This document shows, in pieces, positions 1 to 7,017 of a stretch of DNA of 51,618 nucleotides. The notes beneath the pieces are model-generated. The model was not told where the DNA came from. It was given only the letters and a program-made list of their open reading frames with translations, and ran no database searches. The position numbers and the translations under genes are program-made. Position 1 is the first letter of the stretch. Each line of letters starts with the position of its first letter. This DNA is from Alphaproteobacteria bacterium (GTDB lineage: Bacteria > Pseudomonadota > Alphaproteobacteria > Rs-D84). The stretch covers positions 1 through 51,618 of the forward strand of contig JAFOVN010000030.1 in NCBI GenBank assembly GCA_017392345.1, written 5' to 3'.

Positions 1-1
1 A

Positions 2-436
2 TATATCTGAAACACTTCCATTGGAATGATCATCTAAAGCTTTAATAGATAGTATCCTGACATTGGGATTGACGGCAGCAATTAAAGCTGCCATCCTTGT
101 CCCATGACCATTATCATCTGATGCACTGTCTCCTATTACAGAAGTCTCTTCTATAACATTATCATTAGCTGCGCCGGTATCTATCAAAGCAACATAAGCA
201 CTGTTTCCTTTAACGCTTAATTCATCCACTGTATTTTGTGTTGATTCTTGTGGTTCTTTATCGGATATTGAATCTGCTAAAGAGTCTGATTCTGATTCGT
301 TATCACAACCACTAAGTACTTCGTTTACCTCGATTATCTCTGACTTATCATAATAATATGTATAAGCCGAGCGAGTTTCCTCCTCACTTTCAAAGTGTGT
401 TAGATATACACCATTTAGCTCCGATATAAAGACCAG
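2..436 (-). CDS. Subtilisin-like (peptidase S8) serine protease. Fragment only: it runs off the window edge and has no start codon on its 5' side.
   Basis: Manual minus-strand translation gives ...FISELNGVYLTHFESEEETRSAYTYYYDKSEIIEVNEVL...NSAYVALIDTGAANDN...SDDNGHGTRMAALIAAVNPNVRILSIKALDDHSNG. This contains the catalytic Asp box (IDTG) and His box (GHGT) after a propeptide-like stretch. The frame is open from 436 to the edge, with an in-frame stop at 437-439. There is no ATG upstream of the Asp box. Confidence 0.6.
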   Translation of the reverse strand, partial: MVFISELNGVYLTHFESEEETRSAYTYYYDKSEIIEVNEVLSGCDNESESDSLADSISDKEPQESTQNTVDELSVKGNSAYVALIDTGAANDNVIEETSVIGDSASDDNGHGTRMAALIAAVNPNVRILSIKALDDHSNGSVSDI

Positions 437-708
437 CTATGGATCATCGCCTTGGTAGGCCGTTACCCCACCAACAAGCTAATCCAACGCGGGCACATCC
501 ATCACCGATAAATCTTTCCCGTTTCCGGCGTATGCGGTATTAGCGTTCGTTTCCAAACGTTATTCCCCAGTAATGGGCAGTTTCCCACGCGTTACTCACT
601 CGTGCGCCACTAGATCCACAAGGGCAAGCCCCTGTTTCACCCGTTCGACTTGCATGCCTAAGACCTGCCGCCAGCGTTCGTTCTGAGCCAGGATCAAACT
701 CTCAAGTT
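430..708 (-). rRNA. rrs: 16S rRNA, 5'-terminal fragment only (about 280 nt)
   Basis: The reverse complement reads AACTTGAGAGTTTGATCCTGGCTCAGAACGAACGCTGGCGGCAGG...GCAAGTCGAACGG...GAAAGATTTATCGGTGATGGATG...GGTAACGGCCTACCAAGGCGATGATCCATAGCTGGTCT. Similarity to the universal continuation (..GAGAGGATGA..) ends abruptly at about 430. Confidence 0.85.
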
Positions 709-1030
709 TTAAAAAACCTGTGGTTTAAGTCCTGTGCATATAAAACAAAGCTGACATAAATCAGTTCGTCTTTACATATATATTCGCAAGACAAGTTTTA
801 ACGAGGTCTACTTTGTAAACCTACTACCTGTCTAGGATATGCACATTGACTTAGTCAAAGTTTGGATATTTCCAAATTCAACTGTCTGCATATCTCTTCT
901 TGAACATGACAATGATTTTTCAATCATAATCATTTTGATGAGCTGCTTTTATTCACAATGTTGCGGAATTTCCGCGTTCCAGAGGTTAGTATTTCGCGTT
1001 CCTGAACACGCCCTAACTTAGAAAGCCCGC

Positions 1031-1061
1031 ATAGTATGAACCGATAGTTAAAAAAAGTCAA
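1031..1061 (-). promoter_or_regulatory. Putative rRNA promoter (TTGACT, about 17-19 bp spacer, CATACT/TACTAT) with phased A/T runs upstream
   Basis: The minus strand reads AAAAAAACACTTGACTTTTTTTAACTATCGGTTCATACTATGCGGGC, about 325 nt upstream of the 16S 5' end. Region 1062-1165 carries repeated T/A runs, as in curved UP regions. The spacer length is imperfect. Confidence 0.35.
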
Positions 1062-1229
1062 GTGTTTTTTTGGATTTATCTTTAATTTTTTTTGCGGCGG
1101 CCAATTTTTTTCAAAAAACCGCAGAAAACCGGCATTTTTTATTTTGGCTTTTTTTGGGATTTTTGCAACGCGGGCGAAAAATTTTTTATAAAAATCCACA
1201 AAAAACCGATTCGCAACCGATTCGGAAGT

Positions 1230-1249
1230 CCCCTTCGCGGGCAAAGGGG
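1230..1249. repeat. 20-nt palindromic unit CCCCTTCGC-NN-GCGAAGGGG-like (copy 1 of 3)
   Basis: CCCCTTCGCGGGCAAAGGGG here. Near-identical units lie at 5014-5033 (CCCCTTCGCCAGCGAAGGGG) and 30643-30662 (CCCCTTCGCCGGCGAAGGGG). Confidence 0.8.
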
Positions 1250-1305
1250 GCGGACCAACGAAAGTTGGTGGGGTAGTGGTGCGACGACGCTTCCGTGTTC
1301 GTCGC

Positions 1306-1369
1306 ATTCCCTGCGGGGCAAGTTTTTGCATTCGCAAAAACTGGATACCGCCCTTCGGCGGCATGACGC
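1306..1369 (+). repeat. About 64-bp double-hairpin repeat unit, copy A (inverted partner at 39145-39208)
   Basis: ATTCCCTGCGGGGCAAGTTTTTGCATTCGCAAAAACTGGATACCGCCCTTCGGCGGCATGACGC. The reverse complement of 39145-39208 is ATTCCCTGCGGGGCAAATTTTTGCATTTGCAAAAACTGGGCACCGCCCTTCGGCGGTGTGACGC. The match also shows in the spurious ORF translations (LRGKFLHSQKLDTALRRHDA versus LRGKFLHLQKLGTALRRCDA). Confidence 0.85.
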
Positions 1370-1380
1370 ATTTCTGGAAT

Positions 1381-1447
1381 TTTTGCACAAAAACGCGGGG
1401 CACTTGCCCCGCGCACTAACCACTTACACTAACACTTACCACTATTC
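1381..1447 (-). terminator. Composite 3' module: stop codon, then a TAGTGG/TAAGTG/TTAGTG tract, then a GCGGGG-N6-CCCCGC hairpin, then a T-run
   Basis: Minus strand: GAA TAG TGGTAAGTGTTAGTGTAAGTGGTTAGTGCGCGGGGCAAGTGCCCCGCGTTTTTGTGCAAAA. The stop of the 1123-aa CDS is the first TAG of the tract. The module is nearly identical to 39850-39905. Confidence 0.7.
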
Positions 1448-4400
1448 TACACTTATTTCGATAAGGTCGCCGTATGTGCCGGCTTCGTCCGCACCGATAA
1501 AGCAATATATATGTTCACCAACATTCCGCATGAATTCTTCTTCATCCGCTGTAAACTGCTGACGATTGGCTTCACGGATATTGTTCCGTGTGGCAAAGAA
1601 TCCGGTTGTTCCAAGTGCCGTCGCCCCAAGCAAATCCATGCCCGCACGTCCCCACATACTCGATTTATCTTCTACTTTACAAACATTGTTGCGTGCCGTC
1701 TCTAACTGGCTCAGCCTTGTTGTAACATCTTTTTGCGTAATCGTATGACCACTGGCCACCCTTGATGTCTTACCCGTAATAAATTGTCCACCTGAATCTT
1801 TTCTAATGATTTCATTAGAAGTGGTCATAGTATGATCTTTCTGACAAGGTGTTGTATAACTTTCTGTGCCATTTGTACAATTAGAATTCGCTGCGGGAGT
1901 ATAACTATCATGAGGAGTTCCACTATCATCACAACAGGCATCATACCTAATAGAATTCCAATAATCTTTTTCGCTGTCTATCTTTATCGCACAGGTTTCA
2001 CGATTCTTGGTATTAGTATTCAACAACCCACCAAGACCTGTCTGACCTTGCAACAAATCCATTGCGGTGGCACCCAATGCGCCCGCGCCAATTGTTGCCG
2101 CGGCAACACCCCATTTTTGACCAGTGGTCAATTGCAACTGATTGATTCTGTCACTAGACGCAGTGTTGCAATCGAAACTACGGTCTATTTTACCTTCGGC
2201 GCGTGCCTTGCTGCACGCCACGCGATTCGCGATATCTTCCAAATCTTTTTGTGAAATCCAAGAACCACAGGTGAACACATCACCAACCGCAAAGTATGCC
2301 GTTGACCAGTTTTTATGGTTTGCGTTGTTTTGCAAGAACCGCTGGATATCCGGATCGTCAGATTGAATTGTCACACGTGCGCGACAGAACGAACCATACA
2401 GTTCATTACTCGCCACGAATTCATTTGCTTTCAAACCGTTCACACTGTAATTCTTTGGAACACGATTGTTCCGTAATTTAACCCACATATATGTACTGGA
2501 CAAATCGTTTTTACCCATGATACCACCATTGTTGGCATCGATACACATATGTTGTTCCGCCGTCAGTTTCGCGTTATACTTCGCCTGTGCTTCCAGTTCA
2601 AGGTCGGCCATCACTTCTTGGAACAATGTGTCAACTTCCATATTCAATTGGTATACATTTATCGATTCGTATTTTGCTTGATCATAAACACAACCATTAT
2701 CATCAACCGTATCACAATCATGCGGATTTATCGTATCGCATTCCTGACCATTTGGTGCCGTGGCGCTGGACGCGACACACCCTATCAAAACATCACTATC
2801 ATCGACTTTGCGCGCATTATAGCCAGAGCTAACAGCGCCAACCCATGCATCACGAACAGATTTGTTGTCACCCCAACCCGACACACCATCATCGGTATTG
2901 TTCACAACAGTTTGAATCTTTAAGTGCTCTTCACATTTTGGCGAATCCTTGACAACGTTCACACACAAACCGCGAACGATTGTAAAGTCAAGAACACCGC
3001 CAACCTTGTTCATGCTTTTTGCGAATTTTTCATCAATAGTATTTGTTGATGTATTGCTATTTGTTGACGTGTTGACACGACCAGACATACTGCCACCGGT
3101 TGAACCAGAACCAACATTACCACCAGAATCAATTTTACCATAAGTATCGGTCATAACATCCGTCCGGTTACGATAGCAATTTTTGAAATCCGAACCGCAC
3201 ATTGAACGAATACAACTGACAGCAGTGGTTTTGCATTCTTTTGCCATTTTTTCGATTGCCGCAGGACTATAATTTTCCCTTAACGCTTTATTCAAACGTG
3301 CAACCACACCAATCGGGTCCTTTCCCTTGCTTTTCTCAGGGAATACTATACCAAACGTATCTATATCGGCGTAACTATAATTATATCCAGATTGACTTGC
3401 CGATGCCGCCGCATACTGGCAATTTGCATCCGTATTCACAATTGCTTCGCATCCAAGTCTAATTTCGTTATAGGTTTTGGACGCGTTAATCGAGCATGTC
3501 GTTTGACCAGACGAAGTAGCAAGTCCGCCACTACTTGTGAAACAGATGTTTGTCGAACCAAAAACCTTTGAATAACATGCCGAACCAAGGCCACCGCCAC
3601 ATGAACGCATTGCGCACGATGTAATCACATCACTGCAAGTGTCCTTTGTTTGCTTATCAAACTTATCTAATGTTGATTGTAATTGATTGTCCACACGTGT
3701 CATGGTCGAAGATATTATATTTGCATAAATTTCGTCACGATTTTCTTCGTCCAATAATTGTTTGTTTGTTGGCATCGATTTCAAGACAGTAGCATAACAA
3801 TACCTATTCCCGGCAATGGTTTCGTAACACAAACCTTTGATATACTTTGAAACATCAGCTTTTGTACGTGCACTTGCCACCGCTTTCATTTGTTCTTCGG
3901 TGAGTTGACGTCCTTCTTTTATTGCATCAACAACGTCAGCCAACAATGTGTCGCTATTGGCAATGCATTTGTATGGGTTCGCGCCACACGCCGATAACAC
4001 ACACTGATCGGCAATTTTGTAACACGTAGAAACCGAATTTAATGCCGCCAACTGCTGCCCTTCGGTAATCATAACCCCAAGGCGGCTTTGCGATGTCGGG
4101 TCACGCGATGTATCCGTCAGGCCGAATAATTCCTTTATCCCGTCTTCTTGGCACCGCGCAAGTGTCGATTCGCAATAAATTTTTTGTTTCTTGAATTCAC
4201 TGTTCGTGGTGCAAAGTTCGAAATCTTCGCCACAGACATTATCTTTTTTCAGGCACGATGTGTAACGCTTTACACATGATGATGTGTCAAGGCGGTTGCT
4301 GATTGCGCCGGCATCAATGAATTGGCCAACAATACTGCCCGCCGATGGGTAAAGGGCGGAGTTCGTTACCGAAAGTTGTGTCAAATCACTTGTTCCAAAA

Positions 4401-4813
4401 AGGGTGTTTATGCCCGACGGTGAACACTGCAACAGGACACTGTTGCACTGGGGCTTTTTGGCATAGAATAATTCAGGGGTTGTACATTCTTCGAAATTGA
4501 AATCGCAAACATCGGACGCCTTGATACATTCAGTATAGCGTTCAACGCATTCGATATCGTCCATCAACACGGCCGTGTTCGTTGCCGTCGTTGTGGTCGC
4601 GGTCGTTGTCGCCGTGCCGGTCACCTTTAATGTCGGTAAACGACGCGCCGCCGCAAGGTTCGCCGCACCCGGAATACTGATTGTGGATATACGGCTTAGG
4701 TCATCGTTGCGACCGTTAGTCCTTTGTGTTTGGGCCTGTTTCAAAGCCGCAGACGCGGGCGCAACCACGCACAAAACCGGTAAAATTCCAATAATAGTAG
4801 TCAGAAATTTCAT
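1442..4813 (-). CDS. Large secreted cysteine-rich protein of unknown family (1123 aa), with two Gly/Ala-rich hydrophobic segments near the C-terminus
   Basis: Predicted Sec signal peptide MKFLTTIIGILPVLCVVAPASA/ALK, followed by a Thr/Ala-rich linker. Repeated Cys modules follow (CVERYTECIKASDVCDFNFEECTTPELF versus CVKRYTSCLKKDNVCGEDFELCTTNSEF), with dozens of Cys throughout. C-terminal hydrophobic segments are WGVAAATIGAGALGATAMDLL and WGRAGMDLLGATALGTTGFFAT. Upstream lie an extended -10 (TGaTATAAT, 4840-4848 on the minus strand) and an AGGGGA SD. Confidence 0.85.
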   Translation of the reverse strand: MKFLTTIIGILPVLCVVAPASAALKQAQTQRTNGRNDDLSRISTISIPGAANLAAARRLPTLKVTGTATTTATTTTATNTAVLMDDIECVERYTECIKASDVCDFNFEECTTPELFYAKKPQCNSVLLQCSPSGINTLFGTSDLTQLSVTNSALYPSAGSIVGQFIDAGAISNRLDTSSCVKRYTSCLKKDNVCGEDFELCTTNSEFKKQKIYCESTLARCQEDGIKELFGLTDTSRDPTSQSRLGVMITEGQQLAALNSVSTCYKIADQCVLSACGANPYKCIANSDTLLADVVDAIKEGRQLTEEQMKAVASARTKADVSKYIKGLCYETIAGNRYCYATVLKSMPTNKQLLDEENRDEIYANIISSTMTRVDNQLQSTLDKFDKQTKDTCSDVITSCAMRSCGGGLGSACYSKVFGSTNICFTSSGGLATSSGQTTCSINASKTYNEIRLGCEAIVNTDANCQYAAASASQSGYNYSYADIDTFGIVFPEKSKGKDPIGVVARLNKALRENYSPAAIEKMAKECKTTAVSCIRSMCGSDFKNCYRNRTDVMTDTYGKIDSGGNVGSGSTGGSMSGRVNTSTNSNTSTNTIDEKFAKSMNKVGGVLDFTIVRGLCVNVVKDSPKCEEHLKIQTVVNNTDDGVSGWGDNKSVRDAWVGAVSSGYNARKVDDSDVLIGCVASSATAPNGQECDTINPHDCDTVDDNGCVYDQAKYESINVYQLNMEVDTLFQEVMADLELEAQAKYNAKLTAEQHMCIDANNGGIMGKNDLSSTYMWVKLRNNRVPKNYSVNGLKANEFVASNELYGSFCRARVTIQSDDPDIQRFLQNNANHKNWSTAYFAVGDVFTCGSWISQKDLEDIANRVACSKARAEGKIDRSFDCNTASSDRINQLQLTTGQKWGVAAATIGAGALGATAMDLLQGQTGLGGLLNTNTKNRETCAIKIDSEKDYWNSIRYDACCDDSGTPHDSYTPAANSNCTNGTESYTTPCQKDHTMTTSNEIIRKDSGGQFITGKTSRVASGHTITQKDVTTRLSQLETARNNVCKVEDKSSMWGRAGMDLLGATALGTTGFFATRNNIREANRQQFTADEEEFMRNVGEHIYCFIGADEAGTYGDLIEISVE

Positions 4814-4882
4814 TCTCTTTCCCCTTTTGGTATCAATTCATTATATCATAGAAAATAGGGAAAAAAAAGAAAAAAGTGGAGA

Positions 4883-4907
4883 GTGTAAGTGGTTAGTGTT
4901 AGTGTGG
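4883..4907 (+). repeat. TTAGTG-type hexamer/heptamer tract
   Basis: GTGTAAGTGGTTAGTGTTAGTGTGG, in the intergenic space between the giant CDS start and the rluD stop. Confidence 0.8.
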
Positions 4908-4913
4908 TATATC

Positions 4914-5033
4914 CCCCTTTCCCAAGGAAAGGGGTGCCGGGTAGCACCCGGCGGGGTATGGGTCATACTGACATCGTATCAATCCACCACTACCCCGGCG
5001 CCGTTCAGCGCCACCCCTTCGCCAGCGAAGGGG
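4914..5033. repeat. Cluster of four GC-rich hairpin modules
   Basis: The four hairpins are CCCCTTTCCCAAGGAAAGGGG, TGCCGGGTAGCACCCGGC, GGCGCCGTTCAGCGCC and CCCCTTCGCCAGCGAAGGGG. The segment CCACCACTACCCCGG is the inverse of GGTGGGGTAGTGGTG at 1268-1282. Confidence 0.75.
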
Positions 5034-5044
5034 ATTTCTGCAAC

Positions 5045-5995
5045 TTAAACTAACACTTCCCGCAATTCCAACATATCGTCCGGCAGGTTCGTTTTGAATT
5101 TCATTGGCACGCCCGTTACAGGATGTGCGAATTCCAAAATCTGGGCATGCAGCATTTGGCCATTGTGCGTTTTGATAAAATCCAATAAATCGGGGTTTTT
5201 AACCGACCCCAGGCGCGACGATGCACGACCGTATACACCATCGCACAAAACCGGAAAACCATGCGCCGACAAATGAACCCTTATTTGGTGTGTGCGCCCG
5301 GTCATCAGTGTGCAACGAAATTCCGAAACGCCGTCACGTGGCCACGCGTCCAGGACTTCGACAATTGTGTGCGCAGGTTTGCCACCACTTTTTACCATCG
5401 TCATCTTTTGCCGGTTGCGCGAAGACCGGGCGATATTGCCGGTTATGTCCGCGCCCGTCCAATTCGGGACGCCCCAAACGAACGCGATATATTTGCGGGT
5501 AAGGTTATGCGTGCTAAAAATTTTTACCAATTCGCGGTATGCCGCATCAGATTTTGCAAAAACAACAACGCCACTGGTATCTTTATCAAGTCGATGAACC
5601 ACGCCCGGGCGTGTCGGCCCGCCAAGCACCGAAAGGTGCGTATGCGACAAAATGTTTTGAACCAATGTTCCCGTCTTGTTGCCCGCCGATGGATACATAA
5701 CGACACCGCGCGGTTTGTTCACAACAATTATGTCATCGTCTTCGTATAAAATTTCCAGTTCAATTTCGTCCGATATGTTATCGGTTGCAACATCCGTTTG
5801 TACGGGCGGAATTTCGACAATGATTTTGTCGCCGGATTTTACTTTTTCGGAAAACTTTATATTTTTGCCATCGCGCGTGACGGCGAAACGCTGAATTTCA
5901 CTGCGCGAAAAAGTCGGCAATTGCGACACCAAAAATTTATCTAATCGCATGCCGACCGATTCGTCCGCAACAATAAATTCGCGCGTGTCTGTCAT
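5045..5995 (-). CDS. rluD: 23S rRNA pseudouridine synthase, RluD/RluA family
   Basis: S4-like N-terminus (RLDKFLVSQLPTFSRSEIQRF..) and the catalytic motif HRLDKDTSGVVVFAK. I chose the start at MTDTREF (5995) because the longer ORF overlaps the upstream gene. Confidence 0.85.
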   Translation of the reverse strand: MTDTREFIVADESVGMRLDKFLVSQLPTFSRSEIQRFAVTRDGKNIKFSEKVKSGDKIIVEIPPVQTDVATDNISDEIELEILYEDDDIIVVNKPRGVVMYPSAGNKTGTLVQNILSHTHLSVLGGPTRPGVVHRLDKDTSGVVVFAKSDAAYRELVKIFSTHNLTRKYIAFVWGVPNWTGADITGNIARSSRNRQKMTMVKSGGKPAHTIVEVLDAWPRDGVSEFRCTLMTGRTHQIRVHLSAHGFPVLCDGVYGRASSRLGSVKNPDLLDFIKTHNGQMLHAQILEFAHPVTGVPMKFKTNLPDDMLELREVLV

Positions 5996-5997
5996 AA

Positions 5998-6477
5998 TTA
6001 CTTGTACTCCCGCCATTCGGGGCCACGAACGCACTTTGAAAAATCGATATCCAATTCGCGGTCGCCGGTCACGGGACATTTTAGCAAACCGGTACTTTGT
6101 GCCTGGTCCGCGTCACGGGTGGCGTATCGCCATGTGAAACTTATTTCCGTGGGCGCATGCACACACACCAATCGCAATGTCCCGGTTGATTGCTTATTTG
6201 GTCCAAGCCAGATGCGAACACTGTCCGCTTCGCCATAACAAGGGAAAGCATCAAGGTAATACAAAACCATGCCACGTTCAACATCAGAATTTTTCCAAGT
6301 GAATTTTCCAACATATTGGCGCAGTGGCAACCCGGTCAACGCCGCCCAATCGGTTGTAGTTGAAAAAATACTTACACGCTGGATGTTTGGTGTTGGTGGT
6401 GTTTGTGGTGTGTCGGTTGCAATCGCGTTAAACGACAGAACACCAATAAAAACGCAAAATAAAAATTTCTTTATCAT
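5998..6477 (-). CDS. Small secreted protein of unknown function (159 aa)
   Basis: Signal peptide MIKKFLFCVFIGVLSFNAIA/TD. There is a 4-nt ATGA overlap with the upstream zinc-ribbon gene, and the stop lies 2 nt before the rluD start. Confidence 0.6.
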   Translation of the reverse strand: MIKKFLFCVFIGVLSFNAIATDTPQTPPTPNIQRVSIFSTTTDWAALTGLPLRQYVGKFTWKNSDVERGMVLYYLDAFPCYGEADSVRIWLGPNKQSTGTLRLVCVHAPTEISFTWRYATRDADQAQSTGLLKCPVTGDRELDIDFSKCVRGPEWREYK

Positions 6478-6986
6478 TTTTTATCTCCTATATTCATCAA
6501 TTCAACGCCAACGCGCCGAACCCCAGAAACATCCCCCGAAAGTTTATGTGTGAACCCGACCGTTTGACCAACATCCAAAAACGTTGCCGACGGCATAAAC
6601 CGTTGACGCCCGATTATGGAACCATCTTCACCATAAAGGACGATTGCCAAGTCGGGAAACGCATATATATCATCCGAACGATTTGTCACCGTTCCGCGCA
6701 CCACCATTTGTTCCACACCATTTGTCGTCACCGTTTGAATATCATCAACAACCGCAACAAGTGGTTTATTATTCGAATCATCGCGGCGCGATGTAATGAT
6801 AACCGCAACCGCAAACACCGTTGCCGCAAGCAATGCGCAAAGCGACGCAAAAAACACCATCAATCCGGAACGATTTTTTTTCACCTTTACCGTCCATGTA
6901 TGCCCACATATTGCACAGCGCACATCGCCCGATGTCTTGGTTGGTAAGTTATATTCAGTTTTACAAACATCACATTTTATTTTCAT
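6474..6986 (-). CDS. MJ0042-type zinc-ribbon membrane protein (DUF3426-like C-terminal domain)
   Basis: N-terminus MKIKCDVCKTEYNLP...VRCAICGHTW (two CxxC pairs), followed by one TM helix (LMVFFASLCALLAATVFAVAVII) and a periplasmic beta-rich domain. Confidence 0.65.
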   Translation of the reverse strand: MKIKCDVCKTEYNLPTKTSGDVRCAICGHTWTVKVKKNRSGLMVFFASLCALLAATVFAVAVIITSRRDDSNNKPLVAVVDDIQTVTTNGVEQMVVRGTVTNRSDDIYAFPDLAIVLYGEDGSIIGRQRFMPSATFLDVGQTVGFTHKLSGDVSGVRRVGVELMNIGDKK

Positions 6987-7017
6987 ATTGCACCTTTGGC
7001 ATTATGTATACCACAAA

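Noticed and set aside
1-429. Considered whether the sequence interrupting the 16S gene is a group I/II intron or a homing-endonuclease-bearing insertion, as seen in some bacterial rRNA genes.
   Set aside because: The only coding potential is a subtilase fragment with Asp and His boxes. There are no LAGLIDADG, GIY-YIG, HNH or reverse-transcriptase motifs. The ORF has no start codon and begins mid-propeptide at the junction. A truncation or chimera fits better.
930-1562. Five overlapping ORFs of 68-157 aa on both strands in the rRNA upstream region.
   Set aside because: They lie entirely in low-complexity A/T runs and palindromic repeat modules. Their translations simply mirror the repeats: the same peptide strings recur in the spurious ORFs at 38843-39368. 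None has an SD or a protein-like composition.
5996-6079. Longer N-terminal extensions of rluD (to 6079). The same issue arises for dnaX (to 30308), truB (to 34624), rpsO (to 33813), fabZ (to 25674), rsmE (to 20505) and parA (to 44001).
   Set aside because: The extensions overlap upstream genes or intergenic repeats. The internal Met matches the conserved family N-terminus in each case (for example MDTSYTVLARKYR for DnaX and MSITKTKK for S15).
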